DNA of 37,681 nt from Myxococcota bacterium (GTDB taxonomy: Bacteria > Myxococcota > JACRCW01). The stretch's first letter is position 1, and every line of letters starts with the position of its first letter. The position numbers and the translations under genes are program-made. The notes under the pieces were generated by a model, which saw only the letters and a list, made by a program, of their open reading frames with translations, had not been told where the DNA came from and did no database searches. The stretch lies in the NCBI GenBank assembly GCA_040752415.1, contig JBFMGU010000088.1, forward strand, positions 1 through 37,681, given 5' to 3'. Below, piece after piece: positions 1 through 8,730 of this stretch.

Positions 1-74
1 CGATGATCGCTCACAACCTGAGGAAGCTGCTCCCGGCCTGGAACAAGGGTCTCCTCCGCCTCGCGGCCGGGTGA
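1..74 (+). CDS. 3' end of a probable IS1182/IS5-group DDE transposase (truncated by the window edge)
   Basis: Frame 3 reads MIAHNLRKLLPAWNKGLLRLAAG* (stop 72-74). AHNLRKL matches the typical C-terminal helix of IS1182/IS5-type transposases. Only 23 aa are visible. Confidence 0.55.
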   Translation, partial: MIAHNLRKLLPAWNKGLLRLAAG

Positions 75-120
75 CCGGGGTTTCCGGTTCAATCGCCGCC
101 AGATATTCCGAGACACCCTC
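1..120 (+). mobile_element. Right end of a probable IS1182-family element, putative terminal IR at about 103-120
   Basis: ATATTCCGAGACACCCTC (rc GAGGGTGTCTCGGAATAT) lies about 30 nt after the transposase stop and resembles IS1182-type ends. The left IR is outside the window. Confidence 0.45.
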
Positions 121-329
121 TGGAGTGTGGTGCGAACCGGATCAAGCGGTCGACGACGTGAAGCACCGCCCTGGATGGGGTCCACCGTCCAACCAGGTCC
201 TGCCCACGGCGGAGCGTCGAGAACATGCGGCACCGGTGGATTGAACGATGTCCGCGCCGTCGGGGCGGCCCGATCCAGGGCGGTGCTTCACGTCGTCAAC
301 CACTTGATCGGGTTCGCACCGCACTCCAG
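120..329. repeat. REPIN-like inverted repeat doublet (about 57-bp arms, 96-nt spacer)
   Basis: 121-176 TGGAGTGTGGTGCGAACCGGATCAAGCGGTCGACGACGTGAAGCACCGCCCTGGAT is the reverse complement of 273-328 with 4 mismatches. Each arm has GGAG followed by an internal G(C/T)GGTGC...GCACCGC palindrome. Confidence 0.85.
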
Positions 330-499
330 GGCGCCGCTGCTTCCGCTCACCCGCTTCGTGACGCGCTTGAAGTCCAGGACGCCGACCATGCGCCAGTCAC
401 TGCCCACCCACCTCGTCGGTGCCGAAGTCGACTCGGCAGACACTCGAGGTTGCACGCAGGGCGGGCGATCAGTACGGCGCCGCCCAAGGAGCGACCATC

Positions 500-976
500 A
501 TGTTGAAAGTGGGCGACAAGGCACCCGATTTCTCGGCAGCGGCGTCGAATGGCGAGGAAATCCGGCTCTCGGCACTCCGCGGGCGGAAGGTGGTGATGTA
601 CTTCTTCCCCAAGGCCTTCACCCCGGGATGTACCGCGCAGGCCCGACGGTTTCGCGACAATTACGACGAGATCAAGGCGCTGGGCGCGGAAGTGATTGGC
701 GTTTCGGTGGATGAGCCCAGCGTGCAATGCGACTTCGCCACCGCGGAGCGTGTGCGCTACCCGCTCATTGGCGACGACCAGCGGCTCCTGGGCAAGCTCT
801 ATGACGTGGTCCGCCCGGTGCTGCGGGTGGAGAAGCGCGTGACCTACGTGATCGACGAGGCAGGCGTGGTGGAAGCGGTGTTCGACCACGAGTTCCAGGT
901 GAGCCGCCACCTCGACGACGTCATGGCGCACTTGCGGCAGCGGCGATTGCAGCCCCTGGCTGCCCAGCCCCGGTGA
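500..976 (+). CDS. bcp: Peroxiredoxin, BCP/PrxQ family
   Basis: LKVGDKAPDF and YFFPKAFTPGCT (peroxidatic Cys), GAEVIGVSVD, RVTYVID. AAGGAG RBS at 486-491 before ATG 500. Confidence 0.92.
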   Translation: MLKVGDKAPDFSAAASNGEEIRLSALRGRKVVMYFFPKAFTPGCTAQARRFRDNYDEIKALGAEVIGVSVDEPSVQCDFATAERVRYPLIGDDQRLLGKLYDVVRPVLRVEKRVTYVIDEAGVVEAVFDHEFQVSRHLDDVMAHLRQRRLQPLAAQPR

Positions 977-983
977 ACAGGAA

Positions 984-2168
984 TCAGCGCAGCACGCGGT
1001 CCAGGATGGCGTGCGCCACCGCCGTCTTGGTCATCAGCGGCAGGTGCTCCTCCCCGTCGGCGCGGATGATGGTGACGCGGTTGGTGTCCACGCCAAATCC
1101 CGCGTCCGCCTGCGAGACATCATTGGCGACGATGAACTTCAGCCCCTTGCGCTCCAGCTTCTGACGGGCGTGCTCCCCCACCTTCTCCGTCTCCGCGGCA
1201 AACCCCACACGGACGCAGTGCGGATTGAGGTGACGCGTGCTCATGAGCAGGTCGGGATTGGCGACGAGGGTCAGCGTCTCCTGGTCCGCGCCCTTCTTGC
1301 GCTTCTGCTCGGCCACCTCGGCGGGTCGCCAGTCGCTGACCGCGGCGGCCATCAGCAGCACGTCGGCGCGCGGCAGCTCCTCCTCCAAAGCGGCAAGCAT
1401 CTGCAGCGCGGTGGTGACCGGTCGCGCCACGACGCCAGCGGGCACCGGCACCGTCAGCGGACCGTGGATCAGCGTCACCACCGCACCGCGCGCGCGTGCC
1501 GCCTCCGCCAACGCCACGCCCATCTTCCCCGTGCTGCGGTTGGTGATGACGCGCACCGGGTCCAGCGCCTCCTGCGTGGGTCCCGCCGTGACGAGGACGC
1601 GCTTGGCATGCAGGTCATGCGGTCCCAATGCGTGACACACGCGCTCGACGATCGTCGCCGGAGCCGCGAGGCGGCCCACGCCGGAACGACCACTGGCCAG
1701 CGGTCCCTCCTCCGGGTCGACGACGATGGCGCCCGCGTCGCGCAGCGTGTGGAGGTTCCGCCTGGTCATGGGATGGGACCACATGCGCGGCTCCATGGCC
1801 GGACACAGCAGCGGCATGCGCTCCAGGCACAGCGCCAGGCTGGTGACGGCGTCATTGCCCATGCCCGCGGCCAGTCGCGCGATCAGGTCCGCCGTGGCCG
1901 GGGCCACCACCATCAGCTCCGCCCAGTGACCCCACTCGACGTGGTCAATGGTCTTGTCGGGGCCCAGGCTCATGACGTCCTGCAGGACGGTGCAGCGGGT
2001 CAACGCTTCCAGCGTGAGCGGCTGGATGAAGGCCATGGCTGACGGGGTCATGGCGGCGCGCACCTCCGCGCCCTCCTGTTGCAGCGCGCGGACCACCTCC
2101 ACGGCCTTGTACGCGGCAATACCGCCCCCCACCCCGACGACGATCCTCCGCCCCTGCAGCCGTCCCAT
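984..2168 (-). CDS. coaBC: Bifunctional phosphopantothenoylcysteine decarboxylase / phosphopantothenate-cysteine ligase
   Basis: GGIAAYK, VAPATAD, PAM, VLVTAGPTQEALDPVR, NRSTGKMG, AAAVSD, GFAAET, VANDV. Confidence 0.97.
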   Translation of the reverse strand: MGRLQGRRIVVGVGGGIAAYKAVEVVRALQQEGAEVRAAMTPSAMAFIQPLTLEALTRCTVLQDVMSLGPDKTIDHVEWGHWAELMVVAPATADLIARLAAGMGNDAVTSLALCLERMPLLCPAMEPRMWSHPMTRRNLHTLRDAGAIVVDPEEGPLASGRSGVGRLAAPATIVERVCHALGPHDLHAKRVLVTAGPTQEALDPVRVITNRSTGKMGVALAEAARARGAVVTLIHGPLTVPVPAGVVARPVTTALQMLAALEEELPRADVLLMAAAVSDWRPAEVAEQKRKKGADQETLTLVANPDLLMSTRHLNPHCVRVGFAAETEKVGEHARQKLERKGLKFIVANDVSQADAGFGVDTNRVTIIRADGEEHLPLMTKTAVAHAILDRVLR

Positions 2169-2171
2169 GGC

Positions 2172-2924
2172 TCAACGCACCTTCATCCGGATCTGGGGAA
2201 CGCGCAGCATGGCCTCCACGACGATCTTCTGGCTCATCTTGGAGCGTCCCGCCTCACGCTCGTAGAAGACGATGGGAATCTCCTTGATGCGGAAGCCCTT
2301 GCGGTGCGCGCGATAGGTCATCTCGATCTGGAACGCGTAGCCACTGCTCTCGATGCTGTCGAGGTCAATGGCCTCCAGCACCTCCCGACGGAAACACTTG
2401 AATCCGCCGGTGAGGTCCTTCACGTGCACGTTGCCGGGAGGCAGGCCCGCGTTGAGGATGCTGCGCGCGTAGAGGCTGCCGCCGCGGCTGATGATCTTGC
2501 GCAACAGGCCCCAGTTCACCGTGCCGCCGCCGCGGATGTAGCGGCTGCCCAGGACAAGGTCGTAGCTCTGGATCTCGTGCAGGAAGTCCGGGAGGTAGCG
2601 CGGCTGGTGGCTGAAGTCCGCATCCATCTCGAAGATGTACTTGTACGGTTGCTGCAGCGCCCACTTGAACCCGGCAATGTACGCGCGCCCCAGGCCCTGC
2701 TTTCCCGGCCGGTGCAGCACGTGCACACGCTTATCCGCGTCCGCCAGCCCGTCGGCCACGGCACCGGTGCCGTCGGGGCTGTTGTCATCAATCACCAGCA
2801 CGTCCACGGGGGCGGTCCGCAGCACTTCCCCGACGATGGAGGGCAGGTTCTCACGCTCATTGTAGGTGGGGATCAACACCACTGCTTCATTGGCCACGAC
2901 GGAATTCCTTGCACTCAGGTTCAT
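2172..2924 (-). CDS. GT2 polyprenol-phosphate glycosyltransferase (Ppm1/Dpm1-like)
   Basis: IPTYNEREN, IDDNSPDGT, GLGRAY, MDADFSH, GSRY, DLTGGFK, GYAFQIE, FYEREAGRSKMS. Confidence 0.92.
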   Translation of the reverse strand: MNLSARNSVVANEAVVLIPTYNERENLPSIVGEVLRTAPVDVLVIDDNSPDGTGAVADGLADADKRVHVLHRPGKQGLGRAYIAGFKWALQQPYKYIFEMDADFSHQPRYLPDFLHEIQSYDLVLGSRYIRGGGTVNWGLLRKIISRGGSLYARSILNAGLPPGNVHVKDLTGGFKCFRREVLEAIDLDSIESSGYAFQIEMTYRAHRKGFRIKEIPIVFYEREAGRSKMSQKIVVEAMLRVPQIRMKVR

Positions 2925-3523
2925 CCCGCCGGGGGGGTTCCCGGAGGGGGCGCGGAGTGGAGCACGGGTCCCGCGGCGGAGGAAAGGGCCCGACGCCGCT
3001 GCATCATTCCCTCGACGTGGACGCCCAGCCGCCAGCTCAGCTCACCGGTGAAGACCCCGATCAGCGCGCCCGCCAACACGTCTCCCGGGTAGTGGGCGCC
3101 CACGTAGATGCGGCTCAAGCCCACCAGCCCCGCCAGCAGTCCGCCCACGGCCCAGGCGCCGCGTCGACGGACCCAGCGGCCGCCGGCAATGCACAGCGCG
3201 AACGCGCAGGCGGTGTGGCCCGAGGGAAACGAGCGCTGACGCAGCTCCTCACCCACCACGCGCACGTCGTCACCCAGGGCGCCGAGCGGACGCGGACGCT
3301 GCACCGTGTCCTTGATGACGTCCACCATGCCGCCCGCCGACGCTGCCGCGAGGATCATGCTCAGCAGCGCCACCAGGTGGAACCGGCGCAGCGCAATGAC
3401 GACGAGAACCAGCGCCACGCCCACCGCGGTCTCCGCGCGACCCGCCTCCGAGATCAGCCCCATGAGCTGGTCCAGGTCCGGGTGGCCGGAGCCATTGATG
3501 AGCTTGAACAGCGCAGCGTCCAT
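2921..3523 (-). CDS. PAP2-family membrane phosphatase
   Basis: Motifs K-x6-RP (KDTVQRPRP), PSGH and SRIYVGAHYPGD; several hydrophobic helices; 4-nt overlap with the downstream GT2 gene. Confidence 0.93.
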   Translation of the reverse strand: MDAALFKLINGSGHPDLDQLMGLISEAGRAETAVGVALVLVVIALRRFHLVALLSMILAAASAGGMVDVIKDTVQRPRPLGALGDDVRVVGEELRQRSFPSGHTACAFALCIAGGRWVRRRGAWAVGGLLAGLVGLSRIYVGAHYPGDVLAGALIGVFTGELSWRLGVHVEGMMQRRRALSSAAGPVLHSAPPPGTPPAG

Positions 3524-3588
3524 GACGGGCGGAACCTAGTACAGGCGCGCGGAGCGGGAACACACCCGGTCCGAGCCAAAGCGGTATT

Positions 3589-4782
3589 TCAGACCGCACT
3601 CCCAGAGGGCTGGCGCCCGACGTCGAGAACCGGGGATGGAACGCCGGTGTCCAGGACCTCCAGCACAACCTTGGCCACGCGCTCCGGCGCCCCCGGCTGG
3701 CCCAGGCTCTGACGCAGGGACTGCAGCTCCGCACGCATGGCCGCCGACGCGGGCGCGGTCAACAAACGCCCCACCTCCCGCGCAATCTCCGACGCCGTGG
3801 CGCGTTCCTGCAGCAGCTCCTTCACCACCTCCCGACGAGCCAGGATGTTCACCAGGCTCACGTGCGCAATCTTCAGCATGGTGCGGGCAATCAGCGCGCT
3901 GAGCCAGCTGGCCCGGTAGATGACCACCATGGGCGTCCCCACCAACGCCGCTTCCAACGTGGCCGTCCCCGACGCCACCACCGCCGCATCCGCCGCCGCC
4001 ACCACCTCCGGCGCGTGCCCCTCCACCACCTGCACCTGGATGTCACGCGCCCGCGCCGCCTCCAGTGACGACGACAGCAGCTCGGGAGACACCGTCGTGG
4101 CGCGCGGCAGGAGGAAGCGCACGCCGGGACGCTCCTGCTTCAACATCACCGCCGCGTCGAGGATGGGCGCCATGTGGCGCTGGATCTCACTGCGTCGACT
4201 CCCCGGCAGCAACGCAATCACCGGCGCGTCCGAGGGGAGCTGCAGCATCTGGCGCGAGGGCTCACGCGTGGGCGGTTGCCACAGCTGGTCCAGCGAGGGA
4301 TTGCCCACGTACTCCACGGTGACGCCGTGGGAACGGTAGAAGTCCACCTCGAAGGGGAAGATGACCAGCATCCTGTCGACGCGCTCGCGGATGAGCTTCA
4401 CGCGACCGGTGCGCCACGCCCACAACTTGGGGCTGATGAAGTAGATGACCTTCACGCCGCGACGCTTCAGCTCACGCGCCATGCGCAGGTTGAAGTCCGC
4501 GAAGTCCAGCAGCAGCGCCGCGGTGGGCTTGGCCTCGTCGACGAACGCGAGACACTTCTTGAACGCGGCGCGCACCCGGCCCAGGGCGCCGAGCACCTCG
4601 GTGAAGCCCATGAGGGAGAGCTCGCGGCTGTCGGTGAGGATCTCCATGCCCTCGGCACGACAGAGGTCGGACCCGATGCCGGCGACGCGCAGGTCCGGAC
4701 GCTCACGCTTGAGCGCGCGCACCACGTGGGAGGCGTGGAGGTCCGCGGATGCTTCACCGGCAACGACGAGCAGGGCGCCCAT
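3589..4782 (-). CDS. lpxB: Lipid-A-disaccharide synthase
   Basis: VAGEASADLH, MGFTEVL, DFADFN, SPKLWAWR, IFPFE, LLPGSRRSE, ASGTATLE. Start placed at ATG 4782. Confidence 0.96.
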   Translation of the reverse strand: MGALLVVAGEASADLHASHVVRALKRERPDLRVAGIGSDLCRAEGMEILTDSRELSLMGFTEVLGALGRVRAAFKKCLAFVDEAKPTAALLLDFADFNLRMARELKRRGVKVIYFISPKLWAWRTGRVKLIRERVDRMLVIFPFEVDFYRSHGVTVEYVGNPSLDQLWQPPTREPSRQMLQLPSDAPVIALLPGSRRSEIQRHMAPILDAAVMLKQERPGVRFLLPRATTVSPELLSSSLEAARARDIQVQVVEGHAPEVVAAADAAVVASGTATLEAALVGTPMVVIYRASWLSALIARTMLKIAHVSLVNILARREVVKELLQERATASEIAREVGRLLTAPASAAMRAELQSLRQSLGQPGAPERVAKVVLEVLDTGVPSPVLDVGRQPSGSAV

Positions 4783-4877
4783 GTTGCGGCGCGTTCTGCC
4801 TGCACGGGGTGGCACACGTCAACGGGGAGGAGAGGCGGGCGGCCGGCGGAACGAAGGCGCCAGCACGCCCGGGTGGT

Positions 4878-6239
4878 TCAGTAGGAGGCGCGGCCGCGCT
4901 CTTCCTTGGTGTCCGCGTCCATGAAGCGGACCGTGCGGTCCACGGTGTTGGTGAGCAGCACCGTCAGACCGTCCTGGCTCACGTTCACCGACGAGGGCAT
5001 GAACGGCAGCGGGATGGCGCGGATGGCGTTGTTCGCCAGGTCCAGCTCGAAGACGCCGTCGCTGAGGAAGAACGCACGACGGGAATCCGGCGAGAACGCG
5101 AAGCGGTGCAGCTTCACCCGCGGCCCCTGCACCGCGCGGTGCGCGCCGCTCAGCAGGTCAAACGTCTCAATCGCCGAGAGCACGTCCATGGGCTGGTCGA
5201 CGACGAGCGTGTGACCATCCGGCGTGTACGTGTAGCGCGGCAGGTCCTGCGCCACCGGCTGGGTGCGGAACTCCAGCGTCTTGACGTCGATCACCATGAG
5301 ATGGAAGCGCGTGTTGCTGCTCTTGACCTCCGCGGGGATGGCCGGGCCCTCGGGGTCCACCGGCACGTCGCGGTCAATGAACGCCATGGCCGTCTTCCCG
5401 TCGGGGGACATGGCCACCGGGCCAAAGCCGGGCATCTGCCGCTCCACGCCGCATTCCTCGCCCACCTTCATGACGGTGACGGGATCCTTCTGGCACAACG
5501 TGGGCGCCAGGAAGGCGCGGTTGTCCTCGGTGACCTCCATCTCGTCGGCGCAGTTGTCGGCCTCCACCTCGCACACCTTGGTGCCGTCCTCGGTGCGGCG
5601 CGACTCGATACGCGTCTTGGGCCGATCTCCCGCCCAGCTGGTCTCCTGCGTGACGATGAAGAAGCGCCCATCCCTGGTGATGTCCAGGTCACGCACCGGC
5701 ATCTCACCCTGCACCGGCGTGCCGATCTCCTGGCCCGTGGCGGCGTCGAGGAGCTGCAGGTCCGTGCCGCTCAGGATCAGGCGTCGTCCATCCGGCGTGA
5801 CGTCGATCCAGCGGTCCCGACGCGTGAGCTGCTTCTCCCAGACCACGCGGTCCTCGGCGCGGTTGTAGGAGATGACGCGCTCGGGCTGACCGTCGGTGCC
5901 GTCGCGCTGCGCACCGGCGAGCACGAACACGCCCTCCCCGTCGCCATGCGGCCAGAACGCAATGCGCTCCACGCGGGGCAGGGAATCCAACGCGCGCGCG
6001 GTGGTGCCGCCCACGTCGCCCAACACCAGTCGACCTTCGCGCAGCGTGGCAAAGAACTTCCCGTTGGCGGACACGGCCACGTCGCCGTCCTCGAGCATGA
6101 TGCCGCCCTGCCGGTTGCCCGGCGAGCGCACGCCCTGGTTGGCACCGCCGATGTTCCCGCCCGTCTTCCATTCCGCGCAGCCAACAGCCAGGAGGGACGC
6201 GGCTACCCCCAGGCCACAAACCCCGTTGAGTCTCATCAT
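4878..6239 (-). CDS. Lipoprotein with beta-propeller (YncE/WD40-like) repeats
   Basis: Lipobox LAVGC; repeated SANGK, TPDGRR, TRDGRF, SPDGKT, TPDGHT, SPDSRR and SQDGLT turns; AAAGGAG RBS upstream of 6239. Confidence 0.8.
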   Translation of the reverse strand: MMRLNGVCGLGVAASLLAVGCAEWKTGGNIGGANQGVRSPGNRQGGIMLEDGDVAVSANGKFFATLREGRLVLGDVGGTTARALDSLPRVERIAFWPHGDGEGVFVLAGAQRDGTDGQPERVISYNRAEDRVVWEKQLTRRDRWIDVTPDGRRLILSGTDLQLLDAATGQEIGTPVQGEMPVRDLDITRDGRFFIVTQETSWAGDRPKTRIESRRTEDGTKVCEVEADNCADEMEVTEDNRAFLAPTLCQKDPVTVMKVGEECGVERQMPGFGPVAMSPDGKTAMAFIDRDVPVDPEGPAIPAEVKSSNTRFHLMVIDVKTLEFRTQPVAQDLPRYTYTPDGHTLVVDQPMDVLSAIETFDLLSGAHRAVQGPRVKLHRFAFSPDSRRAFFLSDGVFELDLANNAIRAIPLPFMPSSVNVSQDGLTVLLTNTVDRTVRFMDADTKEERGRASY

Positions 6240-6486
6240 TCCCGGAGCTCCTTTCGCTCTTGCCCGTTCCCGGGCGTCTCGAGGCCACACGACGCGGCCA
6301 CCCTTCCACAGACACCGCAGCGCGGCGAGATGGAAAACCAGTTCGGCCCGTCGATCAGCCGCTTCCCGGACGGCGGTGCATGCACGATAACTGCAAGCCA
6401 TGCGCCCTGGCAGCACAAATCATCCGTCGTCGGACGCGGCGACAACCAACCCGGGTGTGACAAACCGCCACCCGCACGGGAGCAGC

Positions 6487-7347
6487 GTGCACAAGCCGGT
6501 TCTCCGTCGGGAAATCCTCCGCTGCGCAGGCGTTGCGTTGTGCTTCCTGTCGCTCGTTCTCGCCGGCGCGCCGGTACGCGCACAGGAGGATCTGCCGCCG
6601 GTTGTGAACGGCGGGACCCAGCCGTGTGAACCGCCGGATACATGTGCGAGCAACAACCACGCGACTCCCCAGCGCGTTGTCGACGACGACGACAGCGGGT
6701 TGGCGTGGGGACAGGGACTGCGCGCGGCGTTGGCGGGCCTGGCCACCGCGGGAGCCATCCAGGGTGCGGCGTTGGGCGCGGCGCTGGGACTCGCGTCGGC
6801 GGCGGCGGTGGTGACGTTGCCCAACGCGTTGAGGGCCGACACCAACGTGTGCGTGGGATTCTTCTGCCTGCTCACGCCGGTGCAGGGGCTGATCTTGACG
6901 GTGGGAACGCTCGCCTCCAGCGTGGCAGCACCCGCCGCCATCTGGGCGCTGACCCACGGCACCACGCGCTACCGCGTGCGCACCGGTCCGCTGGTGGCAG
7001 CGTGGACGCTTCCGCTCATCGTCGCCGTGGCGTTGGCCGGCGTGGCGCAATACGTCCTGCACTTCGGTAACTGCTTCTGCACCACCTGCGGCGTGCTGAT
7101 GTTCTCGAGCTTCCTCGTCAGCAACTACGGGTGGCCCGGCGCCAACGCGGAGTACTACAGCATGCGCCGCGTGGGGCCGGTGTGCTTCTACGGTTGTTTC
7201 TTCTCGTCACAACTGTGCGTGCTGGGAACGCTGGCCTCCGGGAGCAGCCTTTCCGCGCTGCTGAGCGGACTGTGGGTGGCGCACGACGCGGAGTCCCCGG
7301 AAGCCATGCAAGCGCAGGTTTCCAGCGCCACCGAGTTGGAGCCGTGA
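6487..7347 (+). CDS. Hypothetical Cys-rich multi-pass membrane protein with signal peptide
   Basis: Signal-like segment ending in PVRA-QE, then about 5-6 hydrophobic segments with many Cys. Start uncertain (ORF is open from 6400; GTG 6487 has GGGAG upstream). Confidence 0.6.
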   Translation: MHKPVLRREILRCAGVALCFLSLVLAGAPVRAQEDLPPVVNGGTQPCEPPDTCASNNHATPQRVVDDDDSGLAWGQGLRAALAGLATAGAIQGAALGAALGLASAAAVVTLPNALRADTNVCVGFFCLLTPVQGLILTVGTLASSVAAPAAIWALTHGTTRYRVRTGPLVAAWTLPLIVAVALAGVAQYVLHFGNCFCTTCGVLMFSSFLVSNYGWPGANAEYYSMRRVGPVCFYGCFFSSQLCVLGTLASGSSLSALLSGLWVAHDAESPEAMQAQVSSATELEP

Positions 7348-7432
7348 CCGGCGTGGTCTGATCCGGACAGCGATTTCTCCCTGACAATCCGCGGTGATCT
7401 GCATGCGCCTCCCGCGCGGCATTCTTTCCCGC

Positions 7433-7460
7433 TTGCGCTCCGTCTACTTAGTGTTACTAT
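7433..7460 (+). promoter_or_regulatory. Putative sigma70-type promoter of the vWA operon
   Basis: TTGCGC (7433-7438), 16-nt spacer, extended -10 TG-T-TACTAT (7452-7460) in a locally AT-rich patch; AAGGAGG RBS at 7471-7477. Confidence 0.55.
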
Positions 7461-7482
7461 GACACCAACAAAGGAGGCGGAG

Positions 7483-8730
7483 ATGCAGATCGAGGTGTTG
7501 CAGGGACACCAGGCGTTGCCGCAGGCCGCGGCCCTGGAGGTGGCGGCGTTGATCCGGCTTCATGCCAGTCCCACGACGAGCGGCCCGGTGCCGCATGCGC
7601 TGCACGTGGGGTTCTGTCTGGACCACAGCGGTTCCATGAGCGACGCGAGCGGCGTCAGTGGAATGACCAAGTTGGATGCCTTGAAGGCGGGCGTGCAGGG
7701 CGCGCTTCAGCTCCTGGAGGGCTGGGACGCCACCGTGACGGTCAGCGCCTTCAGCGACGCGGAAACCATGTTCTGTCGTCGACAAAGACTGTCCGCGACG
7801 CAGGCGCGCAAGACGCAGAAGCTGTGTGCCGACGTGGAAGCGCTGACGGACGCCGGCGGCACGGAAGCCAAGACCGCCATGGAGCCGGTGCTCAAGGCGC
7901 TCCTGCCGCAGGACCACGCGGCGCGTCGACTGATCCTGGTCACCGACGGACACTTCAACAGCGGCAGCGTGAAGCCATGCCGGACGCTGGCGCAGCGGGC
8001 GGGTGAGGCGGGGGTTGCCATCTGGGCCTTCGCCACCGGCGTCACCTACGACGAGGCGTACCTGCGCGAGCTGGTGGACCTGGGCGCGCCGGGCGGGCTG
8101 TTCTGTCACGTCAGCAACCTGGGCGCGTTGCGCAGCAAGCTGGAAGAAGAGCTGGGCGCGTTGGCCAACGCCAGTGATTCCGACGTCGACATCACGCTGA
8201 GCGCGGGCGCGGGATGCCGCCTGGTGGAGGTGGTGCGGCTGACGCCGGTGCAGACGCCGGTGGCGGTGAACACCAACGGTCACGCGCGGGACCACCTCGA
8301 CGTGCTGGATGCGCGCGGACAGGGCTACGTGGTCCGTGTTGGCGCCGGGAACCTGCCGCTGGGTCGACAGCTGGTGCTGAGCGGGAATGTCTCCTGGCAG
8401 GAGCATGGGCGACGTCGAACCCAGCCGGTGCAGGTGCACCTGGATGTGCTGCCCGCGGGCGCGGCCATTCCCGCGGCGCATGCGCACGTGGTCTCGACGG
8501 TGCTCTCCGTGAAGGCCGCGCAGGCCACACTGCTGGGCAACGCCGCGCTGGCCACGCAGCTCTACGCCGCGGCGGGACAGACACAGCTGGCGCAGCAGTT
8601 GAGCGCGCTGGGCACCGCGTTGCCCTCGGATTCCGACGCTGCGCGCTCGCTGCGGACCCAGGTGCTGGGGTCCACGCGCCTGGTGGCGCTGGGCAGCGCG
8701 CAGGTTCCCAACAAGGGAGGGCAGCCATGA
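7483..8730 (+). CDS. Cytoplasmic von Willebrand factor A (vWA) domain protein with C-terminal beta-rich and helical region
   Basis: Intact MIDAS: LDHSGSM (DxSxS), GGT, LVTDG. ATG 7483 follows a strong RBS. No signal peptide. Confidence 0.9.
   Translation: MQIEVLQGHQALPQAAALEVAALIRLHASPTTSGPVPHALHVGFCLDHSGSMSDASGVSGMTKLDALKAGVQGALQLLEGWDATVTVSAFSDAETMFCRRQRLSATQARKTQKLCADVEALTDAGGTEAKTAMEPVLKALLPQDHAARRLILVTDGHFNSGSVKPCRTLAQRAGEAGVAIWAFATGVTYDEAYLRELVDLGAPGGLFCHVSNLGALRSKLEEELGALANASDSDVDITLSAGAGCRLVEVVRLTPVQTPVAVNTNGHARDHLDVLDARGQGYVVRVGAGNLPLGRQLVLSGNVSWQEHGRRRTQPVQVHLDVLPAGAAIPAAHAHVVSTVLSVKAAQATLLGNAALATQLYAAAGQTQLAQQLSALGTALPSDSDAARSLRTQVLGSTRLVALGSAQVPNKGGQP

Noticed and set aside
120..329. 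Retron msr-msd or CRISPR interpretation of the long inverted repeat
   Set aside because: No reverse transcriptase or cas gene in the window, no direct repeat-spacer array, and the core motif recurs at 23555 as a REP-like element.
7459..7482. ORF-track start of the vWA gene at 7459
   Set aside because: It overlaps the putative -10 box and lies upstream of the AAGGAGG RBS; ATG 7483 fits better.
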